Shown piece by piece: positions 47,068-56,571 of a DNA stretch of 64,000 nt (the stretch's first letter is position 1; every line of letters starts with the position of its first letter). Made by a program: the position numbers and the translations under genes. Where the stretch lies: the NCBI GenBank assembly GCA_965207225.1, contig CBDBLV010000004.1, positions 160,001-224,000 on the forward strand. The letters run 5' to 3'. Below the pieces are notes generated by a model, which had not been told where the DNA came from, searched no databases, and saw only the letters and a program-made list of their open reading frames with translations. The stretch is from Dehalococcoidia bacterium (GTDB taxonomy: Bacteria; Chloroflexota; Dehalococcoidia; Plut-88900).

Positions 47068-49303
47068 GCAGAGCCTCAACTGCAGCCTGGACTTCGCCGG
47101 TGACCTCCCGGGTAAGCTCTCCGAGGGCCCTGGGGTCGTTCCCATTGGCTTTGCCCGAGGAGTGAAGGGGCTGACCGAACCGGATGATAACGGGACGGCG
47201 CTTTACGAACCAGGAGCCCTTGGGCATGGCCTTGTCGGAGCCGACGATGAGGGTGGGAATGACGGGGGCGTCGGACATCAGGGCGAGGAAGCCGATCCCG
47301 TTCTTGAACGGCTGCATTAGGCCGGGCTGGCCCCTGCTTCCCTCGGGATAGAAGACCAAAGAGTGGCCTTTCTCAAGCACGGCAAGGGCCAGTCCGAGCT
47401 CTTCCCGAGCGGTTGACTGCCTATTGAATGGGATGGCGTTGAAGAGGATGCGCACGGTGCGGGCCATGAAGGGGTTTTCGAAGAAGTAGTCCTTGGCGGC
47501 GACGGGGTGGAGGTTGCGGGCCTTGGGGCCGAGAGCATGGAAGATGACGGGGGTGTCCATGTGGCTGTTATGGTTGGCAGCGATGATGAAGGGGCCGGAG
47601 TCGGGGACGTTATTCAATCCCTCGCAACGGAACCCGGTCCACCACCTGATAGCCCAGGTCATCGGCATGAACAGGGCCTTGCCGAGGGCCCGGGTCCACG
47701 GAGAGACTCTGAGCCACTTTTCGGCTTCCGCCTTGAGAGCAACGTCGGAGGCGCGGAGGGCCCTGGTGTCGGCGTCTGGCTCCATGCCCAGGAGGTATTT
47801 CTTGACGCCAGGTATGTGGACACCCTGGAGGTAGGTGGTCCAGTCAAGGCTGGCGATATCAAAGTCGAAGTGCTCCCGGTCGGACTCGTGGAGGGACTCC
47901 ATGACACTGCGGGTGTTGTTGGTGAGGAACTTGCAGTCCGCCTCGGCGTAGGGGCCGTAGAGCCGTCCGTACTGGTATAGACGCTCCAGGGAGAACATCT
48001 TTGACTTCAGCCTCGTACGGAAACGTCGGGCGTGAGGAATGAGGGAGAACGGTGTGGTGACTGCAATGGCTGCCCGGAGGGGCAGCATGTACTTCAGCCG
48101 GATCCGGCGAAGAAACTTGGGGGTGGTGGGGAAGGTGGGTTTGATCAGCTTCCTAGGCTTCCCATTTTCGTCTCCGGATACCGGGAAGGGGTTCATCTGG
48201 AAGTAGGCGTCCACCTGGTCCGCGAAACCCCCGAGCGTTATGGGGTTCTCCATCCCGGAAGCTATCTGGAAAACCTCCCGGGTATCGAACTCCGACGCCT
48301 TCGCAATGGTGGCGAGAATTGCGTTTGCCACCATGTCCACGGGGATGATATCGAGGATGCCGTTGCGATTGCCGGGAAAATCGATCATGCGGCCCCGGCC
48401 ATAGGCGACGATGAGGGGGTCGAGCATCCGGTAGCCGTTCAGCCAGCCTGGCAGGGGAGATTTCCAGGCCCCTTCGATGATTGCGGGCCTGATGATGGCG
48501 CCTCTCAGGCCCTCCGTGCTACGGACGAACATCTGCTCACCCATAGCCTTTGAAAAGGTGTAGACGTCCTGCCACCCGCGTCGGTGGGCCCACTCCATAC
48601 CAACTCTGCTCAACTCGCGGTCAAGGCGCTCCGACTCAGTGCGGTTGACTTCGGGACTCGAGCCCCTTATAGACCGTGCTTTCTCAAGGACGGCCGAAAC
48701 CTCCGTTTCCAAGTCATACGGGGACTGGGGAAGGCCGTTAATGTGACCGACCGTGCGGGTGGGGTCGGGGAGTTCCTCGGGGACAGGGCCTTTTCTAGTA
48801 GCGTTCACGTAGCAAGTCGAGACCTGGGCGAAGAATGCATCGTTGCAGCCCTTTGCGAAGTCGGCGATTCGTCGAGGGCCAAGGGTATTGAGTCCTACAG
48901 CCTTATCCAGGGGCGCATCGAAGGAGACCACGGCGGCGCAGTTGATGATGATGTCTACTTCGCGCTGGAGACGATCGTAAACCTCGGGCTCGAGGCCCAA
49001 TTTTTCGGAGGCCACGTCTCCGGAAACTGCCTGCACTTTGGCGTGGAAAAGACTATCAAAGGGGCCGCCGAGCCGGTCCTTCAAGGGGTCGAAGATCTGG
49101 GAATCGTAGACTTCCTGCTTAAGGCGCTCCTCAATGGAAACGGGGGAAGCGCCGGGTCGGGTCTTGGGCCGGACGAGGACGTAGACCTTTTCCACTTCGG
49201 CCAGATGGCTAAGGAATCTCTCCAAAAGCACCTTTCCCAGCAAGCCGGTGCCGCCAGTGAGAAGGACGGTCTTTCCCCTATAGAAGTCTTGAAGTTTCTG
49301 CAA
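47054..49303 (-). CDS. Fatty acyl-CoA reductase (male-sterility type) fused to a PlsC-type acyltransferase
   Basis: TGGTGLLG, VSTCYV, YTFSK, RPAII; C-terminal ANHNSHMD and YPEGSR. Confidence 0.88.
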   Translation of the reverse strand: MQKLQDFYRGKTVLLTGGTGLLGKVLLERFLSHLAEVEKVYVLVRPKTRPGASPVSIEERLKQEVYDSQIFDPLKDRLGGPFDSLFHAKVQAVSGDVASEKLGLEPEVYDRLQREVDIIINCAAVVSFDAPLDKAVGLNTLGPRRIADFAKGCNDAFFAQVSTCYVNATRKGPVPEELPDPTRTVGHINGLPQSPYDLETEVSAVLEKARSIRGSSPEVNRTESERLDRELSRVGMEWAHRRGWQDVYTFSKAMGEQMFVRSTEGLRGAIIRPAIIEGAWKSPLPGWLNGYRMLDPLIVAYGRGRMIDFPGNRNGILDIIPVDMVANAILATIAKASEFDTREVFQIASGMENPITLGGFADQVDAYFQMNPFPVSGDENGKPRKLIKPTFPTTPKFLRRIRLKYMLPLRAAIAVTTPFSLIPHARRFRTRLKSKMFSLERLYQYGRLYGPYAEADCKFLTNNTRSVMESLHESDREHFDFDIASLDWTTYLQGVHIPGVKKYLLGMEPDADTRALRASDVALKAEAEKWLRVSPWTRALGKALFMPMTWAIRWWTGFRCEGLNNVPDSGPFIIAANHNSHMDTPVIFHALGPKARNLHPVAAKDYFFENPFMARTVRILFNAIPFNRQSTAREELGLALAVLEKGHSLVFYPEGSRGQPGLMQPFKNGIGFLALMSDAPVIPTLIVGSDKAMPKGSWFVKRRPVIIRFGQPLHSSGKANGNDPRALGELTREVTGEVQAAVEALHGPD

Positions 49304-49453
49304 ATGAATAGGTGAGGCTCGGCCAATGTGAAGGCCGATATCGGCCGGAGGCCTTTTATATCCGCCCAGGCCTCGGCGCTGCGCTCAGCGCGATGAATTA
49401 TAAATACAGGTGCGAAACTCGTCTATTGCGGACAGCAGTCGGGGAGAAGTCAT

Positions 49454-50020
49454 TCACTGGGCTGCGAGGATACTTGCGACGTCGGCAAGGCACTTGACCC
49501 GAGTCACGTTGGAGAGGTAATCGTAGTTGCGGTTCCTGGGCCAATCTCGTAGGAATACGGTTTTCAGGCCTTTACGGGACAGGATGTCGGCGACCCGGCC
49601 GTCATCATCGACAAACTCCTGTATACCGAGTCGGGAGCACGTTTGCCATTTGAAGTCGGGGGAGGGGAGCCCGAGGGAGTTGGCGTGGACCTCTTGAAAA
49701 AGGTCTGCAAACCCATGCCTCTTTAGCCAGGCGGTTATCAGATCTTTGCCCGTTGCGTTCCGGCTGGTCACGAGGACGGGGGTCCGGTATTTGCTAATGG
49801 CCTCGATGCCGGCGAGGGCGCCGGGCAAAGGTCGGCGCCCAAGATATTTCAGCTTCAGAAAGAGCTTCAGGGCCTGCAACATCAACCCTTGAGGCGATCT
49901 GCGATTCATCTGACGAGGATGGTACTCTCTGTAGGGCCCCGAGGCTATGGGCAGATTGAGGCCCAGGGGTGGTCGGCAGATCACGCCGTCCATGTCTATG
50001 CCGATCAGCGGCTTTTCCAT
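49454..50020 (-). CDS. HAD superfamily (5'-nucleotidase-like) hydrolase
   Basis: GIDMDGVI, VTSR, K, FVDDD. Confidence 0.7.
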   Translation of the reverse strand: MEKPLIGIDMDGVICRPPLGLNLPIASGPYREYHPRQMNRRSPQGLMLQALKLFLKLKYLGRRPLPGALAGIEAISKYRTPVLVTSRNATGKDLITAWLKRHGFADLFQEVHANSLGLPSPDFKWQTCSRLGIQEFVDDDGRVADILSRKGLKTVFLRDWPRNRNYDYLSNVTRVKCLADVASILAAQ

Positions 50021-50123
50021 CGGAATCCTTCGCGGAATTGTAGCCACATTTTAGCCCACAAAGTTCCCCGTGCTTAGCCATGTGTTACTATCCGCGCAGC
50101 AAACGGCACAGGAGGGCGAGATC

Positions 50124-50999
50124 GTGAAACACCTTGGAGCCGAGCAGATTTGCCACCGATTCTCCGCAGAGGACGAACCTGCCGTACGCGTGGGGTCAGG
50201 AGAGAGATTCACCGTTACGACTACGGACAGGTTCAAGGACGTTTCACGCACCGATCCCGATTTCGCGAGATCAAAGATAGTGCGGTCAATGAACGGGCCG
50301 ATCTATGTGGAAGGGGTGAAGGCCGGAGACACACTCAAGGTGGAATTCCTGTCCATGTCTCCCGCCGAGCCCCAAGCCTACGTCCTTGCGCTGCCGGGCG
50401 CCGGGGCACTGGGCGATAGGATTTCCAGTTTTCGGATGATAGAAGTCCAGATCTCCGAAACGGAGGCCGTGTTCCCGAGCGGAGCATCCATTCCCTTCAG
50501 GCCGATGCTGGGCCAGATTGGCGTCGCGCCTGAAAAAGGTGAAGCGCAGCTCGGGGATACTGGGCCGTTCGGGGGGCAGTTGAGCATTACGGATGTCACG
50601 GCGGGATCGGCCCTCTACCTTCCCGTATTCCACGACGGAGCATACCTGGCGATGGGAGACTCGCATCTCGCCATGGGAGAGGGAGAAGCTACGAGCTCGG
50701 CGGTGGAGGGTTCGATGAAGATCACCATGCAGGCATCGGTTTCACAGGACCTACAGGTGAAGGAGCCCCTAATCATCACAGCGGACCACGTGATCACGTT
50801 TGGTCGGGGGCGGACGTTGAACGAGGCCGGTGAAGTTGCAACGCTAGCGATGTCTAACTTGCTGACGGAGCGGCTGGGGGTCTCTGCAGTGGAGTCTGCA
50901 ATGTTGATTGGATGTGCGGCAGACCTACGGGCGGCGTTGGCCCTCTATACACCTTACAGCATGAAGATGCTGATGCCTCGGGGAAGCTTGTCGCTGTAA
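50124..50999 (+). CDS. Acetamidase/formamidase family protein
   Basis: NGPIYVEGVKAGDTL, PMLGQIGVAP, LYLPVF, GDSHLAMGEGE; GGAGG RBS with GTG start. Confidence 0.87.
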   Translation: MKHLGAEQICHRFSAEDEPAVRVGSGERFTVTTTDRFKDVSRTDPDFARSKIVRSMNGPIYVEGVKAGDTLKVEFLSMSPAEPQAYVLALPGAGALGDRISSFRMIEVQISETEAVFPSGASIPFRPMLGQIGVAPEKGEAQLGDTGPFGGQLSITDVTAGSALYLPVFHDGAYLAMGDSHLAMGEGEATSSAVEGSMKITMQASVSQDLQVKEPLIITADHVITFGRGRTLNEAGEVATLAMSNLLTERLGVSAVESAMLIGCAADLRAALALYTPYSMKMLMPRGSLSL

Positions 51000-51018
51000 A
51001 GTACAGCCTTGAAAGGGG

Positions 51019-51051
51019 AAGGCCCGGCGCACCTATACGCCGGGCCTTTTT
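51019..51051. terminator. Terminator between convergent genes
   Basis: AAGGCCCGGCG...CGCCGGGCCTTTT. Confidence 0.75.
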
Positions 51052-51089
51052 CGTATTCAGGGCCAAGGGACGCCCCGCCCATCCACTAC

Positions 51090-51812
51090 CTAGTCGTCGG
51101 AAGCGAACCCAAGGAGGTTGAGGATGATGAGAAAGATGTTGAGGAAGCTCAGGTAAAGGCCAATGCTTCCGATGACTGCCACCTGGGTTGCGGCCTGGTA
51201 GTCGCCTTGCTCGGCCGCCTGCATGGCCAGTACCTTGACCTGTCGGGTCTCATAAACCGTCAGGACAAGGAACAGGGGCAGAAGCAGCAAGTTGATGAAG
51301 AGGAAGAGCATGCTGGACTGGAGGAGCAGCATGTTTATCAGGCTGATGCCAATCAGTCCGAGGAGACCGAATATGAGGATAGGTCCAAGCCGCGAAAGAT
51401 CCTTCTTCGTGGTCATTCCTATAAGACTCATCCCGACAAAGAGCCCAGCCGTAAGGATGAAGGCAAGCCCTATCCTTTCGTTGGTGTAAGCCGAGAGGAT
51501 CCAGGAAAGGAAGAACCCTTCCATGGCGGTGAAGAGCAGATAGACGCCGGTTGCGGCGCCGATCTGGCCCCTGGTGGCGAGGGCGCTGGCCCCCATGAGG
51601 GTGGCGAATATGACACCGAATCCCACAAGGTATCCCAGCCAACCAAGCCCCAACACCACATCCCCCAAGCCAATCCTGTCCCCGACCCAGATTGCGGCGC
51701 CCGTGGTGACTATTCCAAGGGCCAGAAGCCCGTACAGCCGGGACATGGCGCCCGTATAGATTGCGTTGGCTCTGACTGCGCCGGCGCCGTAGCTAAATTG
51801 ATCGCTCAGCAT
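51090..51812 (-). CDS. Bax inhibitor-1/YccA family membrane protein
   Basis: 7 TM; TTKKDLS, VYETRQVK, LYLSFLNIF. Confidence 0.88.
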   Translation of the reverse strand: MLSDQFSYGAGAVRANAIYTGAMSRLYGLLALGIVTTGAAIWVGDRIGLGDVVLGLGWLGYLVGFGVIFATLMGASALATRGQIGAATGVYLLFTAMEGFFLSWILSAYTNERIGLAFILTAGLFVGMSLIGMTTKKDLSRLGPILIFGLLGLIGISLINMLLLQSSMLFLFINLLLLPLFLVLTVYETRQVKVLAMQAAEQGDYQAATQVAVIGSIGLYLSFLNIFLIILNLLGFASDD

Positions 51813-51906
51813 TGCTTTTCGCGGTCCTCCAAATCATCCATTTGCTGTATACCGATTATAGCATCGGCGGCCGGTTTCGCAGGCTAAACAAGGACGAGGG
51901 AGGGGT

Positions 51907-52635
51907 CTAGCAGGAGGTGAGGTAGTGGTTGCGGGCCTCGGCGAGGAGCAATGCGAGGCTGTCCCGCCAAAGCACGACCTGGGTCTCGTCCCAGTCGGGA
52001 TTGTAGTCGGGGAATTTGGCAAGGACACGATTCGTCAAATCGTCGTTGTCTGACGGGTCTGCCGGAGGGAGATCGGGGGGATCGGCGCTTGGCTGGGGTG
52101 CTGGAACGGGAGCGAGGCTTACTTGCTGTGCCCTTCTTCTCGGGGTCCGGGTGGAGGGCTGCCTTTCCCTAGTCTTGAGCTGGTCGGAGAGTCTGATCCC
52201 GGCATCCTTGGCAATCCGGACGAAGAAGGTCATGCCCTTGCGTCCGACTTCGTCCTGGGAGCCGCCCCTCCGGAACTTTTCGGCAAGGTGGTCCGGGGTG
52301 ACGGTGTGCAAGATCAAGCCCCTTAGCATCGGGCCATAGGACTCCTGCACAATGTCCCTGAGGGCTGACTTCAAGTCTTCGCCATCCAACGGCAAAAGAC
52401 CTTTAAGGGCCGGGGTCGGCTGCTTCTCACCGTCGACCAAGCCGAGGTAAGCCAACGCGGACAGAAGATTGGACTCGGCAGAGGGATTGACCTTGAGCTT
52501 CTTGAGGTAGCTGTTGTCTATGCGGCTCGGCAGTTGTCTGCGCTGAAAGTCGTCTTTCAACGTTTCCAATAGCCTTAGCCATTGAGAGTAGGGAGGGTAG
52601 GGAGGCCGCTTGTTGCCGTTTTCCTTGCCCACCAT
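51907..52635 (-). CDS. Hypothetical protein, DUF5343-like
   Basis: PPY...LPSRIDNSYL...LLSALAYLGLVD...PT; C-terminal LAKFPDYNPDW. Confidence 0.6.
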   Translation of the reverse strand: MVGKENGNKRPPYPPYSQWLRLLETLKDDFQRRQLPSRIDNSYLKKLKVNPSAESNLLSALAYLGLVDGEKQPTPALKGLLPLDGEDLKSALRDIVQESYGPMLRGLILHTVTPDHLAEKFRRGGSQDEVGRKGMTFFVRIAKDAGIRLSDQLKTRERQPSTRTPRRRAQQVSLAPVPAPQPSADPPDLPPADPSDNDDLTNRVLAKFPDYNPDWDETQVVLWRDSLALLLAEARNHYLTSC

Positions 52636-52965
52636 GACGTTTGTCCTTACTTATGGCTTGTCCGGCACAGCTACGTCGAGGCAAGCATACAGGATAAGGA
52701 CAATTATGGCAACGGTGCGCTGAATGGCAAAGGGGTAAATGGCAATGTCCTTTAGTATCTTTAGGTTTGCCTTATCTGGATACTGCTTTTGACCATGCCT
52801 AGAATGCGCTCATATTGCCTTAAATTCGTCTGTGATTCGGACAAGCACCGATTCTTTCTGGCGAAACGGTCAAGGCAATGTGCCAAAGGGTACCGTTTCA
52901 AAAGCAAGGCAAGCCTCCATCGGGAGGTCGGGCCACAAAATCAGTTAAGAGGGAGGATAGCGAAA

Positions 52966-54096
52966 ATGGTCGTAGAGCAACTATTGAGCAACCGGCCGGT
53001 ATCACGGCTTTCAGTAGACAGGGCGCCGGCCCGAATCAAAGTAGTCGGCGTAGGTGGAGGCGGTTGCAACTGTGTCCGCCGGATGCTTGCGCATAACGTC
53101 CCGGGCGTCGAGTTTGTCGTCGTCAACACGGACATCAAGTCCCTGGAGTCGGTAACCCAGGGCGCCACCATCCTCCAGATAGGTGAAAACATCACTCACG
53201 GCTGGGGCGCAGGTGGAGAATACGACGTCGGTGAAAAGGCCGCCGAGGAGTCTTCCACTCTTATAAAGAAGGCTCTGAAGAACGCCGAGCTGGTATTCCT
53301 GACCGCCGGTATGGGCGGAGGGACCGGCACGGGCGCCGCGCCCTACGTGGCCCAGTTGGCCAGGGACATGGGCGCACTTGTGGTCGGTGTGGTGACCACC
53401 CCCTTCAGTTTCGAGGGATCGCGCAGGCTCGGCCAGGCGGTCGCCGGAGTTGCGAGGCTACGGAAGCACGTGGACAACCTGATCGTCATCCACAATGACA
53501 GGCTGCTCCAGTTCGTAGACCACGACGCGGGGATGACGGAAGCCTTCGCAACCGCTGACGAAGTTGTCAGCCAGGGAATCGTCAGTGTCTCGGAGCTCGT
53601 CAACGTGCCGGGCGAGATCAACGTAGACTTTGCCGATGTTCAGAGCATTATGGCCAATCCCGGCGGGGCTCTCATGGCGATAGGAATTGGTCGGGGCAAC
53701 ATGGGGGCCCTGGAAGCGGCCCGGCAAGCCATCACCAACCCCCTGCTTAACCTCTCCATCCGAGGCGCCAAGGGCGTGCTCTTCTCCGTGAAGGGCGGCG
53801 ACGATCTGACTTTGGGCGGCGTGAACGCCGCAGGTGAGCTGATAAACAAGGCCGTCCACAGGGATGCGAGCATCTTTTTCGGGATGTCGATCGACCCGTC
53901 ACTGGGCGACATGGTGAAACTGACTCTTATCGCAACGGGACTCCGGCAGGACAGGGGCCTGGGCAACGTAGCAGGCGCCTTCAAGGGCCTGCTCCCGGGG
54001 GTCGAGATGAAAGTGAAGGCGCCCGGGATCTTCGGACGCGGCAACAAGCGAAAGAGGCGGTCTTCCCAGATGGAGTGGGATGACGACTTCTTTTAG
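52966..54096 (+). CDS. ftsZ: FtsZ family GTPase (copy outside a dcw cluster)
   Basis: VGVGGGGCN, NTD, GMGGGTGTG, PFSFEG, INVDFADV, IATG; GGGAGG RBS. Confidence 0.93.
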   Translation: MVVEQLLSNRPVSRLSVDRAPARIKVVGVGGGGCNCVRRMLAHNVPGVEFVVVNTDIKSLESVTQGATILQIGENITHGWGAGGEYDVGEKAAEESSTLIKKALKNAELVFLTAGMGGGTGTGAAPYVAQLARDMGALVVGVVTTPFSFEGSRRLGQAVAGVARLRKHVDNLIVIHNDRLLQFVDHDAGMTEAFATADEVVSQGIVSVSELVNVPGEINVDFADVQSIMANPGGALMAIGIGRGNMGALEAARQAITNPLLNLSIRGAKGVLFSVKGGDDLTLGGVNAAGELINKAVHRDASIFFGMSIDPSLGDMVKLTLIATGLRQDRGLGNVAGAFKGLLPGVEMKVKAPGIFGRGNKRKRRSSQMEWDDDFF

Positions 54097-54110
54097 ACCT
54101 TGACTCTTCC

Positions 54111-54151
54111 GGGGCCCGAGAGGCACCTCGACACTTCACCTCTCGGGCCCC
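54111..54151 (+). terminator. Hairpin after ftsZ
   Basis: GGGGCCCGAGAGG...CCTCTCGGGCCCC. Confidence 0.5.
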
Positions 54152-54236
54152 TAACCCCAACCGGACATATACAAACCCGATCAAGGTTCCGCCGGACCCG
54201 GAAAGCCCCAAGCAATAGAACGCACAGGACAGAACC

Positions 54237-54992
54237 GTGGCACTACAAAGAACGTATCTGAATCCGAACAACCAGACGGACCCGATAGCGAGAATCGCAT
54301 TCGAGCGGCCCGCGCTGGCTTTATGTTTTCCATCGCTTAAGAGCGCTTCGGCATCGCCGCAGCTTGACGCAAGGTTCGGGAAAGACTCGGAGAAGAAGGG
54401 CCCGAACCACCCCACGGTAACCCTAGTGCTCTCAAGCTTCGTGGAGCTCGAAAGACGGGACATGATCGCCATCGGATCGTCGTCCTTCATGGCTGGGCGC
54501 GGCGAGACGGGCGGCATGTGGGTCACGAAAAAGGTGCCCAGCTGCCCGGGCAAAGGAATGGCCGCCGATCTCTTCAACTGCATTACCCACGGCTATTCGG
54601 CACTGGAAGAGGTAGTCGCCCGATACTTCAGGGACTACTACCGGCAGGACCCCTGGACCCTTGCTCCGACCCTTGGGGTAGAAGAGGCAAGGGCCTACGG
54701 TTATGTCGCTTCCCAGCAATGGCCCGTATCAGGGGTGAAACGATTGCTGAGCCGGTTCGGACTTTCCAGCGACATCCAGACCCTTTGGGTCAGGGACGGG
54801 ATGAAGGTCCGGGAAGCGACGCAGGCTTCTCGACTACTCAGGGTCCACATTGACGAGTTCCGGGCGAGCTCCCGGGACATTTTTGAAGGTATGCGGCTGG
54901 GCATTGCGGAAGCAATTGACAAGCTGAGCGAGCATCTGACTCCGGGAATCATCCGGCTGCCGCTTCTCAAGAAGCGGTATGCCACCGGCTGA
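54237..54992 (+). CDS. Hypothetical protein
   Basis: 251-aa ORF with AGGA RBS and GTG start, followed by a terminator; no family recognised. Confidence 0.65.
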   Translation: MALQRTYLNPNNQTDPIARIAFERPALALCFPSLKSASASPQLDARFGKDSEKKGPNHPTVTLVLSSFVELERRDMIAIGSSSFMAGRGETGGMWVTKKVPSCPGKGMAADLFNCITHGYSALEEVVARYFRDYYRQDPWTLAPTLGVEEARAYGYVASQQWPVSGVKRLLSRFGLSSDIQTLWVRDGMKVREATQASRLLRVHIDEFRASSRDIFEGMRLGIAEAIDKLSEHLTPGIIRLPLLKKRYATG

Positions 54993-55036
54993 CAAAACAG
55001 AATACAACCCCCATTTCTAACCCTCCTCCCCCCTAT

Positions 55037-55072
55037 ACAAAGAGCCCGATTTCCGCCAGTCGGGCTCTTTGT
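55037..55072. terminator. Bidirectional-type terminator
   Basis: ACAAAGAGCCCGA...TCGGGCTCTTTGT. Confidence 0.75.
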
Positions 55073-55207
55073 CTTTGTCTACGAAGTTGGGGCTCCGGTG
55101 GTCCAGCCGCACTGCGGAGAGACTCTAACGCTCACGGCAAAAGGAAACGCCGGTACGTTGTACCGGCGTTTCTTCGACATTCCGTTTAGTTGAGGGGATG
55201 TGGGGCT

Positions 55208-55468
55208 CTAAGTACGGTCGCAACCCCCAGACTCGGTGATCTTCTGGCGTACAATCTCGTCCCTGGGGTAGAAGATGGAGTCCTGGTCGATCACGGGGGT
55301 GCTTCTGCGGTTACGGAAAGTGAAGAGCCTGCCCCTGTTGGAACGCCCGAAAAGGCCCAGCGCACCGGTCGCGCTGCCAAGAAGGGCGAGTCCTCCCAGG
55401 GCAATCCCCAAGCCTATGAACTTCCTTCTCCTATTTATGTCGACTGTTTTTTCGGCTATGGCGCTCAA
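55208..55468 (-). CDS. Small protein with twin-arginine-like signal/TM segment
   Basis: INRRRKFIGLGIALGGLALLG; start uncertain (TTG at 55468 assumed). Confidence 0.45.
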   Translation of the reverse strand: MSAIAEKTVDINRRRKFIGLGIALGGLALLGSATGALGLFGRSNRGRLFTFRNRRSTPVIDQDSIFYPRDEIVRQKITESGGCDRT

Positions 55469-55677
55469 TTGCTGCTCCTGCGCTGAGTGTCGGGCCGAGG
55501 GCCCCGGTTTTTTCGCTGGGGAGATATTATCGCCTCGGGGGTCGTTGCGCAACGGGGACAACGGGAAGAAGTGGAATCTTTCACAAAGGTTCAGACCCTG
55601 TCCAAAAAACCCTTGCAATCCGAATTTCGTCCTGATAATATCTTCACAAAGTTTCTGGACCGACCGCGGGGACGGTA

Positions 55678-55971
55678 TTGGACCCTAATTTCGTTACAAG
55701 GCAAGACTGGGCCGACATTGGTGAGTTCCTATTGGCCCTCCTTTTCGTTCCCGGTTTGATGATAGTCTTCGCCTTTTCCATGCTTATTGCCCACGCCCTG
55801 ATTCCCTCCCTGGTCAAGTCCGGGCATCTCCCCGAAGACCTCAGCAAGGTCCGCCGCGTCTTCTACATGGTGGCCTTTGCGGCACTGGCGGGGGTCATCT
55901 CCTATGTTGTGTTCGTGGCCATCAACGCCGAGAGTTCGTTCGGAGACGTTTACTCCCGCTGGTGGCAATAG
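55678..55971 (+). CDS. Small 2-TM membrane protein at the head of the ACIII operon
   Basis: Two hydrophobic helices; 3 bp from the next start codon. Confidence 0.7.
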   Translation: MDPNFVTRQDWADIGEFLLALLFVPGLMIVFAFSMLIAHALIPSLVKSGHLPEDLSKVRRVFYMVAFAALAGVISYVVFVAINAESSFGDVYSRWWQ

Positions 55972-55974
55972 CAG

Positions 55975-56538
55975 ATGCCCATCACACCTAAAATAGTCAT
56001 ACCGGCCGTCCTGGGCTTAGTTATCGGTGTGATCCTGGTAATGACGGCGGTGTTCCTGACAAAGGCCGTGTTCTCCGAACCTTTCCAGGTCTTCGGTATG
56101 GGCGCAGCTCCCGACCAGCCAATCGACTTCCCTCACGACGTTCACGTCGAAAAGGTTGGGATCGAGTGCATGTTCTGCCACAGGACGGTAGACACCAGCG
56201 CCTCGGCGGGGATACCTGCGGTGGAGCAATGCCTTTTCTGCCACAAAGACCTCGGGAGGGAGCAGTACATACTGCCGGAGAGTGAAGAACTGGAGAAGCT
56301 AAGGGAGCACTTCGAAAGCGAAGAGCCGATCCAGTGGAACCGGGTGCATCGACTTCCGGACCACGTCCAGTTCCTTCACGAGGCCCACATAAACAAAGGA
56401 ATCAACTGCTCCGAGTGTCACGGAGACGTCGGCAGCATGGAGGTTGTGGGGCAGGTACGAGACCTTAAGATGGGCGACTGCGTGGACTGTCACAGAGAGA
56501 ACAATGCCCCGACCGACTGCCTTACCTGTCACTACTAA
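55975..56538 (+). CDS. actA: Membrane-anchored pentaheme cytochrome c (ActA/QrcA-like)
   Basis: Five CxxCH motifs, PDQPIDFPH, RVHRLPDHVQFLH, MGDCVDCH. Confidence 0.88.
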   Translation: MPITPKIVIPAVLGLVIGVILVMTAVFLTKAVFSEPFQVFGMGAAPDQPIDFPHDVHVEKVGIECMFCHRTVDTSASAGIPAVEQCLFCHKDLGREQYILPESEELEKLREHFESEEPIQWNRVHRLPDHVQFLHEAHINKGINCSECHGDVGSMEVVGQVRDLKMGDCVDCHRENNAPTDCLTCHY

Positions 56539-56571
56539 TCATTAGGGAATCAACCAAAGCGGTACTAGAAA

